NCBI RefSeq assembly: GCF_021869535.1
Contig: NW_026262712.1
Coordinates: forward strand, 92,752,001 to 92,816,000
DNA from: Mytilus californianus
Lineage: Eukaryota
Length of the DNA stretch: 64,000 bases
Reading direction: 5' to 3'
Shown here: one piece after another, positions 49,101 to 61,100 of the stretch
Numbering within the stretch: position 1 is the stretch's first letter
How the letters are laid out: every line of letters starts with the position of its first letter
Notes under the pieces: generated by a model
Told to the model about the DNA's origin: nothing
Seen by the model: the letters and a program-made list of their open reading frames with translations, nothing else
Database searches by the model: none
Program-made: the position numbers and the translations under genes

Positions 49101-52100
49101 AAGTTTTGTATACAAGTAAAAAAGAAAATATTATTCACTATTCGTTATGCTAATAAGTCCACACCATTTTCATTTTATGATTACATAATTGCTTGAAACA
49201 AATTAAAGATTTAAAAGCAGAATGTTGTTGTTAATTCTTTCAATTGCATTCAAGTTTTATAACAAAAACTATACTTGATTTTGACCTTGTTTAAGTTCAT
49301 CGGTAAATTATTTTATTTACGAAAAGAGTCATACTTGTGTAAAAATAAACGGAAACTAACGCTGAATATAAAAGTTTAAAGAAAATTACGTGTCTCAAAA
49401 TTTGTATATGCAAGTAAAAAAGAAAATACTATTCATCATTCGTTATGCTTGATAAGTCTACGGCATTTTCTCTTTACCATTTGTTGGCATTACTTTAGGA
49501 TAAATAATTACATTTCGGCTACAACAGGAATACTTCTATAGCTGCATCAACTCGTCGTTGCATAAAATTGAATATTCATTTACGCACAATGAATGTAAAC
49601 TTGTGTGTTGTATAAAGGACAGTGATTTTTAAATTTTTTAAAAGAAATTAATTGCCGTGGGAAGACGATACACATCTCAGTGGTCAACAGTCCGTGGTTG
49701 AACTTTGAACTTGACTTCGCTCACAATATTGAATGCTAAAAATAGTGACATCAATTTTGTCCACAAGATTTTTATTTGGCGGGAAATATTATCACGTAAC
49801 AGTAAACTCAGGTGACCTTTCTGGATGATCGTGGGAAAATTCATTCGGGGTTTAAGTTTGCTTTGGAATGATTGACATTTGTATGCCTTAAGATTGAGGC
49901 TCTAGAAGGTCCTTTTACAATTGATTAACCGGAATCTAAAATATAATCCTTTTCTGAATAAACGAACACCAGCCTTTTAATTTTACGTTTCTCAGTCAAC
50001 ACAGGACATAAACCTGGACATTATTTATACGTCCATGGTCAACAATATACATAAATGGTAGATGAAAACAGGATGCATGTCGTTCAGTTCCTGTTGGGCA
50101 TTGGTAGAGATCCTCTGTGAAAATGTGTAGATCGTAAAAATCCGATCCACATTTTTTTCACATATTTCTTTCTTGTAGAACACGATATAATTTCATTTAA
50201 ATATTCTATAATATTAATTGTTGAAATACTTCTTTTTTAAATTTCGCCAAGGACTTTTAACGAGCAGTTAAATACGGATTGCGCCCATCCAATTTTATTT
50301 TAAATAATAAAGGATCAATAACAGATCATAACAAGAGATAAACAACACATGATTTTTTTTCTTCATATAATTAAATTAGGTTGTGATTATTGTGTTGTGT
50401 CTGGGCGGGGAATGTCTCTCAGTGTTGTGTTTTTATGAATATAGGGCACATTGCATACAAAACGTTTTCCCTTCGTTCAACAGAGTTGTCACTTTACAGT
50501 TTCTTTTCTGAGTTCAAATATTTCAAGTCGGTAATCTACCAAGGTAGTGAAACATAATATTTTACATTGCAAAATAAATTGAAAGTAACAGAGTTCACTT
50601 GTTGATCCGATAAATTAACTCTTGGGTTTAGATTGGACAAATTACCGTAAAAACATCATTTTGTTTTAAGCCAGTTGATATTTATATATTGAACAATTAA
50701 TGAACCAGATAATGCTCACTGAGTAGGTCATAAAAGATTCTAATTGTAGTAAAATCGTCTTTGTTGAAAAAACAAAAATTATGACCTGACCGGACTATAA
50801 TAATAATACAAAATAAGTGTTTTATTCGTATTTTTATACGTTTGTACGTTTTATTTCAAATGACAATGACATGGGGCAAATACATACAAGAATAATTATC
50901 TTATTTTGAATGAAAATGTCACATTTTTATCTGTCAAAGAAAGGAAATTTTAATACCGTGTTTTAAAGCACACAGGTGCAATCAAGATCGATTAAATGTA
51001 CAAAGGTAATAAATCTGGCTAATCTGATTATGTTGTCACGCGTCATTAATTTTCAGTACATCCGATGGGCAATAAACCAATTAACAGCTACACGGTGTTG
51101 AGAGAGAATCTTTGGATGAAATTGGGAGTATAATCCATGATTCGCGCTGTGACACCGCTACACTCCGAGCAAAGGCTTTGAAATGATGTAGAGAAGCTGT
51201 CAAAACACACTTTAGTTATTACAGGCATAATTTTTCTTTAATAACATAGGTGTACTATGCATGATTGGCAAACTATGAACTGTGATATCTTCTTAAGTTT
51301 AGTATACATAAAGACAATAATACTATCAATAGAACTTGTATACATTTTAACAAAACAAAGGATGTATATTGCCTCATTGAAACATGTAACATACATATGT
51401 GATCACAGTTTTTGGAGTTTTTAGTCCACAATAACAAATGTATGTTATTTTTCTCTAATAACCCTGTAGAGTTATATCCCTGACTGATGTATGGCTCTTT
51501 ATACTATTAATATTTTTTTTGTACGAAAACCATTGTTTTTATTCATGAGTTTTTTTATTGATATTTTGCAGACTGAAATAACTAAGGGCTACAGAAAATT
51601 AGCAAGGAAATGGCATCCAGACATGCACAAGACAGAAGTAAGTTTTTGTGAAATACAATGAAGGCAAAACAAAAATAACCCAACCATGTCCTTTCTCTTT
51701 ATATTTATGGATTTAATCTATATATAGCTACTATTAATTAAAGGCTATTTTATAGGTCATAGTAATGTGTAAATTTCAAGGCTATTGTTTATGATAATTT
51801 GATAATTTGTTTATCGGTGCCAGAAGTCAACAATATCAAATGTTTCAAATTAAACTCTGTATTACCATGATTACTTTTTTTCTATTGACAGTAATATCTT
51901 GCATGTACATAATATGCACATTATCATTTCTTTGAAGATAATGTAATGCAACTAACAATTAATTAAATCCTAAAAAACTTAACATGATATAGCAATATAT
52001 GTATATTGATATTGCAGAATTTAAGACTAGGAATTTTGGTTAAACTGAAAAATATATTTTTTCCATTTTTAACAAACATGACCAGAAATGAAAGAGAGGT

Positions 52101-55100
52101 GAATTTATTGCAAAACCTTTTTATTGAAGATAATGTAATGCAACTAACAATTAATCAAATCCTAAAAACTTAACATGATATAGCAATATATGTATATTGA
52201 TATTGCAGAATTTAAGACTAGGAATTTTGGTTAAACTGAAAAATATATTTTTTCCATTTTTAACAAACATGACCACAAATGAAAGAGAGGTGAATTTATT
52301 GCAAAACCTTTTTATTGAAGATAATGTAATGCAACTAACAATTAATCAAATCCTAAAAACTAAACATGATATAGCAATATATGTATATTGCTTGCAGAAT
52401 TTAAGACTAGGAATTTTGGTTAAACTGAAAAATATATTTTTTACCATTTTTAACAAACATGACCAGAAATGAAAGAGAGGTGAATTTATTGCAAAACCTT
52501 TTTATTGAAGATAATGTAATGCAACTAACAATTAATCAAATCCTAAAAACTTAACATGATATAGCAATATATGTATATTGATATTGCAGAATTTAAGACT
52601 AGGAATTTTGGTTAAACTGAAAAATATATTTTTTACCATTTTTAACAAACATGACCAGAAATGAAAGAGAGGTGAATTTATTGCAAAACCTTTTTATTGA
52701 TGTAGTAGACATGGTAGAAATGTTTAATAACCTATTTGATTTGATTTGATTTTCACATACTAGCAAGTGAACATTTTTTGCAAGGGGTTATTTTTTGTTA
52801 TTTTTGCAAATAAGATAAAATCTTGTAAAATTAACCTTAAAGGAAGATAAGAGTCAGGAACAACATGAACAAGATTAAGAAAATACAAAAATAAAACCTC
52901 TTGAAAAGGTTTGGACTTTAAAGTTGCTAATTTTAATATCTGCAAAATAAACCATTTTACAGTAGATATTTTGACTTTTAACCTCATATTATTTGTAATT
53001 ATCATATTTCGGATTAAATAAATATGTTATCATTTGTAACAGTTAAGAAATAAAGATTAATGCATTTTTATCTCATACATGTATGTGAGGACATTATGCA
53101 AAGACAAGATTTACATGCAGCTATTACTCCTGCATTGATGGAAAGCTTAAAAGAATTACAACTGCAAAAACCTTTGTTTTTTAGCCACACTTTCATTTCT
53201 TTTAATATAAATTTGTATGGAAATCATTTATGTTGAGATTTTGTCAGACAGTCATTGTAACCTAACCTTTAACCTTATTTTCATATTTTTCTTTACAATT
53301 TACAATAACAATCCATTGTTAGAACCAGGATGCTTAAAGGTTATAACATTGTGCAATACAAAAAATGTTCTGTTAACTTATAGAAAAATGTACACTATAG
53401 CTACAATGTTTGTTATAAAGAAAGTCTTTTTTTTCAATACAGAAAAAGAAAGAAGAAGCCACAGAAAAGTTCAGAGAAATAGGAAATGCATATGAAGTAA
53501 GTGATATATTTAGATTTTCAAATATTCCATTATTATAATAGTCATTGGGGTGTTGTGTTGTTAGTTCCAGAAAAGAATCAAGACTTGAAGAATTAGTCAT
53601 TTAAATTTGATACTTGATCAATGGAATGGTTACCAAGATAGTTATACTTACTGATCTTGACTTTAACTCTAATGAAAGTGTACCTAGAACATTATTGATG
53701 TAGACATTAACTATCAATGAGCAAAAGTTTTATTTCAAAAGGTTTGTTTTACAGAAAGCTTTCATACTTGGTGGGATTACTTCATGTTATTGGTCTTAGA
53801 TAAAAAAAACTTTAAAAAAAACTTTTTTAACACATTGGCACCTTGTAAATTCAACTCCCTTCAGAGTTTTTGCCCAACAGTATTCATTAGAGTATTGTTT
53901 GTCATCATGTGTAGTTGGCAATACTATACTGTCATTTAGTTATGGCGATTATTGGACTTCGAATATCCTTAGGAAATAGCAGTTCATCCACACATTCTAA
54001 CTGCATTCCACATTATACAGCTGGTGGGTGTTTTTTTGCTACAGTGTAACTCTCTTGTAGATTTTAAAATGTTGGGTTAGAGGAAATGTCTGAATAAACA
54101 GCAAATAATTTGATAAAAGAAAATCTGTTAAGACATCATTTCTTTTAAAATATCAACAGTTAGGTAATGTTTTGTCTGTTTTTCTTAGACTTACGGTTTT
54201 GTATTGTCCCTTGAGATCTACTTCCTCCTTATAGCTTAATTGTCTTTTGATTAAGCATAGAATTTAGATTAAAATATGTATTTTGCAAAGATTTTGAAAA
54301 AAATACTTAAATGAACTCTGTTTGAATTTCCTTGAATTATTTTTTTTAAGCCATATCAAAATGAAATCAAAGTTCCTCTCATTTTGTATCTAACTCATTT
54401 CAGTTAATAGGTTTAGGCAGAATGGACACATTTAAAAGATAAATTAAAATCAGTATGCTTAATTTACATTAATTTTGTCTCTTGAATTTGGTGATCTTGT
54501 ATTTGAATAAACATGTGTCCTTAAAATTCTGATGACATAGATTGTACATAGATTGTTTTTATTTAAAGATACTAAAAGATGAGGACCAAAGGAGTGATTA
54601 TGATTACATGTTGGACCATCCAGGTAAATGTCAGAGTATTCTAACTTTAAACAATGAAAAAAATTAAAAACATTTCACAGAGTAAATGATTGTTATTTTT
54701 TCTCAAATTTAATATAGTTATATATTTCTAATAAATTATTTTCGATCTTATAATTTGAAAAAAAATTCAGGTAAAAACTTAAGCTATGGAATTGTATTCT
54801 GAAAAATTAAGATACAATGTAACTTATATATCGTGGAAACAGATTTGAATTTTTTGGCAGAAGTGTGAAAAGGAGGTAACTGGTGATTGTTTAAGATAAT
54901 TTGTTGTTAAAAAATGTGTAAATGATATTATATCTATCAAAGCAATAACAATAACAATAGCAGTGCATAGAGTTGATTACCCAATATAATGTCCAGTTAG
55001 CAATATGAAGAAAAGAATTTTTTTAATTCAGAAATTTGTCAATCTAATCTCTGTTTTCTCTCCAAAATTTTTAGATTTCATAATTAACTTTTTCAGATGA

Positions 55101-58100
55101 GTTCTTTGCCAATTACTATAATTATTACAAGAGAAGATATGCTCCCAAAGTAGATCCCAGGATAGTTATTGGTGTAACAATTACAGTTATATCATTTATA
55201 CAGGTAAGAGTAGGTGTTATCTTTAAGGAGTGAGGGATATGTTGGATTCACCTTGTCTGTCCATCCGTTCATTCGTCCAACAAATTTTTATGTCACACTT
55301 TCACAGGTAGTACTGAGCAGAATGACTTCATATGTGATCAGCAGCTTGATAGTGATGACTAGTAAAACGTCAGGGGTTTCTAAATCTGCGAGACACCTAT
55401 TTCCTGTTTTCAGATTCTTTGAATAATGATTTAGGGTTAACATTGATAATTCAATCCTTAGATTCCGCTGCTCTAGATCTACAATCATGACAATGGCTAC
55501 ATTAATGCCTGAAAGCGTAGTCAATACAAAATTATAAATTCAAAATGAGCTCAAGATTTACCTATCCTGATAAAATTAAGCTATCAGCTGATTGACTCTC
55601 TCATTCAGAGAGCACCAATCAAAATCCTGGATTTGTGACACAATTTTGATTGTATAAAGAGTTCAGGCCCTCGTGAGTGGGAGAGTCAATCACAGGGATC
55701 GACTGAATTATTTGGGTTAGAGTTGGGTATGCTAAGCACAACAAGGTGTGCAATATTTTGTAAGGTATAGAGGTGCCAGTAGGTGTTCTCTAGTTATGTA
55801 GGTGAGAATAGGTATTTTTCAGTTGTACCTGTAATGGGTGAGAATCAATGACACTTAAAAGGATTTTTATTCAGTGAAGCCAGAAGTCACTATTCAAACA
55901 TTTGGTGAGTCCTTCTATTAAAGTGATTTAGCTTTCAATTGATTTGTTTTGTATTTAATATAAAACACTATTTTATTACAAAACCAGGTTTAATACCTAT
56001 CTGATACATATATAACAGTAACTCCTCATTTTCTTTGGAAAATGTCTGTACCAATCCAGGGTTCTCACTTAGGCGAGTCCACAAGCCCTGAACGGGTGAA
56101 TACTTGTCTGGACTCATTATTTTTATGCCCCCGCCGTAGTGGAGGGGGGCATTAAGTTTTACCCTTGTCCGTCCATACGTTCCAAAGTTGGTTTCTGTTC
56201 TTTAACTTTAGTTTGCCTCAACCAAATGTTATGAAACTTATTCACAATGCTTATTACCACAAAACTCAGATCAAGTACAAATTTGGGTAGTGTCACTTTT
56301 ACCCTTCTTCAGCTATGTCTCTTTATAAATTTATATGATATGCAAGCAGGGACATCATCTGTGTCCCATGGACACATTCTCCATTTATTTCAAAACTGGT
56401 GAGTCCAAAGATGCATCAAGATTTTAAAATGATGTATCAACTGAGCCCAAATATAATCGTTTTATGCAAAAGTTTAAAAATAATCCATATTTGATGTCAT
56501 TTCCTTGCTCAATTTTGTCCTGGACACTGAAATAATGAATAACATAGCTATAAAATTTCATCTTCTCACCGTTGGGCTTGCCATGGCCAAAAATGACAAG
56601 TCCCTGGTCTCGCCTTCAAAAATTCTTAGTGTGAACCCTGCTAATCCAGGAATATGACAGTTGTTTTCCTTTCTTTCTTTTAGTTTAACCTTGGAGAGTT
56701 CGGTATTTGTGTTAATACTTTTTTGAATTGAGAAGCTGTGTATGACACCAAGGACATAAGAATGGACTGACTCACAAAAAGAGTTAGTGCTTTTTTTCTT
56801 TGGGTATTTTCAATTAAGAAGGGTTATGAGACCTGTAAACAGATCAAACAATATAATCTGTTCTCTTGCTGGGAAATATAAAATATATCATCTAACATTG
56901 GATAATTTCCTTTTCCAGTACTGGGGTGCTTGGAATAACTACAACAGTGCCCTTGATTATGCTTGTAAAGAAGCAAAATACAGACATAGGGCAATGGATA
57001 TTGCTCAATCAGAGGGGCTTGTTACTGGTGGAAAGAATAATAGGAAAAAAGATAAACGATCAAAGGTAATATTTTACATCAGTTAAGTACAAATTAAAGA
57101 TTTGATTAAGATACATGCCATTATTTTATACAGTCAAGTCTGTCAATTAAGGACACTTAAGGGAAGGTAGGTAGTTGACCCTTATAGACAGCTGCAGATG
57201 CTGTTTATAAAGAGGATGTTATTGGGTTTTTTTAAGTACTGTACATGCTTACATGTATTCTGATATACACTGCAATATACAGTTCATGTACATTTGTTTA
57301 CATTCATGAATCATTCAAAGAAAATACTACTAATACACCATGAATTATTTGCTATTTTAGAAATGGCAAAATATTACACTGCTATAATTGTATTTGATAT
57401 TCTTCATACTTCCTATTCCAAAATCTTTGCTAAATCTAGATATGTTGGTACAACAAGAACAGCCTAATTATTATATATGTATATTTGCGGAATTCATAGG
57501 AAATATGAAGTGCACCAGGTATATACACTGGCAACACTGTGTTCATGGGTTTGTATTGTGGCTAATAGAACGAAACTGAGAACAATGTTGATAAGCAGTA
57601 GGTCAACTGGAACAAAACATAAAATCAATCTGTAAGTCATCATTATACATTTAAGTACCATAAATTAGCTCCTGATCTGCAGGCAAAACAACAAAATGAC
57701 TGGGCAAGTACAATTTTGCTGAGGTTTTAAAGGCTGTAATTCAACAAATTGTCAGTGAGCCGGAAAGAAGCCCAAGCTTGATCTGTAAAAGCTGTTCATC
57801 CTTTTAGAATAATAGAGTAAAGTCCATAAGTCATCATCATATAGAATATACCTAAAAACGGATTGACATCTGCAGGCAAAACATAAAAAGTCTGGACAAC
57901 TGTTTGAGGTCGATTGCACAGACATTGATAACACAATATATCCAAGTCTTTTAGTGGCAGTGGAATATAAATCTATAATGATACATGTACATGAAATTAG
58001 ATTTTTTTTTCATAGGAAGAAATTAAATCTGAAGAAGAAGCTGTCATAAGAAAAGTAATAGAAGATAAAATTCATATACAGTAAGTTTATATGTAAAATT

Positions 58101-61100
58101 CTCTGGACCTTGATACTTCTTTCATTGACTAATATTTCTTTAAAAAAGATTAAATTTGAAGATATAAATATGCAGTAGGGAGTAGGATATAATACATTTG
58201 ATTTAAGAGTGTCTTTCTTCTGGGATATTAGCAGTGTGTTTTAATTAGACAAATAAAATTGAGAATGGAAATGGGGAATGTGCCAAAGAGACAACAACCC
58301 GACCAAAGAGCAGAAAACAGCCCAAGGCCACCAATGAGTCTTCAACACAGTGAGAAAATCCTGCACCCGGAGGCGGCTTCAGCTGGCCCCTAAACAAAAA
58401 TGTGTACTAGTTCAGTGAAAATGGACGTCACACTAAACTCCGAAACATATAATAGAACTAAAATTAAAAAAACATACAAGACTAACAAAGGCCAGAAGCT
58501 CCTGACTTGGGACAGGCGCAAAAATGCGGCGGGGTTAAACATGTTTTGTGAGATCTCATAATAAATGCTTATTTGAAATCATTTGAATTTCATTAAAAAT
58601 GGAAATCAACAATTTTTGTCTCGCCTTGACGGAGTCAAAAAGCGAGACATAGGTATGCTGTTTCCGGCGTCGGCGACGGCGTCAACAATGTATTAGTTTG
58701 TGATTAGTCTAGTTCATGGTGAACCACTAGTGGTAGGTCAATGATATTTGGTATGCATTTGTATTAGCATTGGCACATCTCATTACCATGGAGATTATTT
58801 GGCCCCACCTCCTCAGTCAAGGTCTATTGATTTTGAAACTTTTCATAGTTTACATGGATTAGTTTTGTGATTAGGTCAATTTATGGGGAGCCACTAGTAG
58901 TAGGTCAATGATATTTGGTATGCAGTTGTATTAACATTGGCACATCTCATTTCCATGGAGATTGTTCAGCCATGTACCTTCAGTCATGGTTCATCGACTT
59001 TCAATATTTGCATAATTTACATGTTAAAGTATTGCTATTTTAATTTCAACATTTGCATTATCAAAATTACAAAAAGGCGAGACATATCTCTGATAACAGT
59101 TTATTTTTTCTTATAATGGAGGATATTTTAATGACATTGTGTTATCTCTATTTCAGTGGCGGTTATGGAAAGCCAACAGTATATGATATATTATGGGTAC
59201 AGATTGTATTTTTACCATATTACTTATTACAATATATATGCTGGTGGTGTCGTTGGATTTGGAAATTTACCATTTGTAGGAATGAATATGGTGAAGAGGA
59301 GAAATTACATTTAATTAGAAAATTTATGAAATTAGCTACTGCACAATTTGATGTAAGTATAATAGAAATGTTCTTTTACATAGGATGAAATTTTTATATC
59401 ATATAATTGAAATGCAATTCAGGATTAAGAAATATGGAACGGTTATAATTCTAATGTACATTTTTCAATATGAATATAAGAGGATGTGGTTGCAGTGATT
59501 TGACAACCCAATAATAAACAATACAAAATGAAATCTGGAGGCCAATATATGGCCTTCACAATATACCATATATGTGAAGCTCTAAATTCTCTAAAGTCAA
59601 AAAAAGTTTGATAAAGACTATCACAGATATGCTATCAACACTGAATTCCCCTCATTACAATAACCATGAAGATAGTTCCTGACTTGGCACATGCACATGA
59701 ACATTTGGTGGAGTCGAACTATTTTTTTGAGATCTAGATCAGTGGAATAGAAAAAAACATAAAAGAGTTTACAATAAAAATCAGTGCAGCAAAAGCATAA
59801 TAAGTGTATAATAGATACCAAAACCAAAAGTAAAGCAATACTACAGTTTTAATACTTCAGAGTAGAATTCATACAGAATTGTCATAAACGAGAAGGAAAA
59901 TATAATCTTCTACATTCCTTGGACAATTATGATAAATGCAGGTGTATGAAAGCCAGTTTCTGAATTAATTTGAGTTTGTGGTTAAATTTTTCTTGTTCAT
60001 TTCAGGCTTTAGAAGATCATGAAAGAGAAGAATTTTTAAGAAAAGAGTTATGGAAAAAAGATAATTTTACTGTAAGTACAAATTTTACTCATAGTCATAT
60101 TTCAGAGGTAGAAACAATATGTTTTCTTTTTGCAAAATTACAAAACTGTTTCCATGTTATGATGAGATGCAGTGATTTTGTAATACAGATAATTTTTTTG
60201 ATGATCTTAAATGATATTTTAAAAACTGGAAAGTTCAATAAAAAATAAAAGAATCCCTGTTTTTTCCAGTGAACACAATTGTTTGTATTGTATAGCTATA
60301 TAGCCATTATTATGTCTCCCAATCAATGGTAGGATTAGTCAGTTTCCTTTTTTTGTTGGTTCTCATACAACCTTTTGCAGGGCATAACTTTTTTTATCTT
60401 TTCATTTTAAGACTTTTATAGTACACCATAGTTTTTGTCCCTGGTGATCATATATAAAAAAATCCCCACCCATAGACTGTATATACTCTGGACTTTTTCT
60501 TCTGCAGCATAGATTTTGTCTGGTTTGAGAAGTAGATCATAAATGGTTAAACATATTAAAAACAGTTAAGATTCCCACTCATTTATCATATTTATTCTTA
60601 TTTACCTTCCAGCACTTAGATGTGTTTGTTGTGGTTTTCGTTTACTAGAGTGACTTCTATATATGCTATAGATATGAGGGGACATATGTATTAGTCCACT
60701 AAAACAGTTTAACCTGTAAAAACTAAATTTACATCTGATTTCTAACTGGAAAAAGTTTGTTCCATAGTTGTGCAGATAATTTTGTGCAAACTCTTACATT
60801 TTTCTAGAATTATAATTCTATAAAATAGACACAATTATATACCCTTAGAATGTTGTTTATAAGCACTTAAGCCTTAGACTGCTAAGCGTGACTATTGTCA
60901 TTCCGATAACGTAGTCCGCCACTGCTAGGCACGACTATTGTCGTTTCCGTAACTCATTTGTTCACACGGTTACCATGGAATGGGCAGGGTCAATATTCAT
61001 GAGATTGCAGCATTTCAGACTTGTATGAATTTAGATTGGTTCAAATTCAGCGTATTTTCGAGTTTCTCTTGACTTTAAATCAGGTATAAGCAATAAACCT

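Noticed and set aside
52197-52472. 91-aa ORF
   Set aside because: Lies wholly within the ~190-bp tandem repeat and is self-repetitive.
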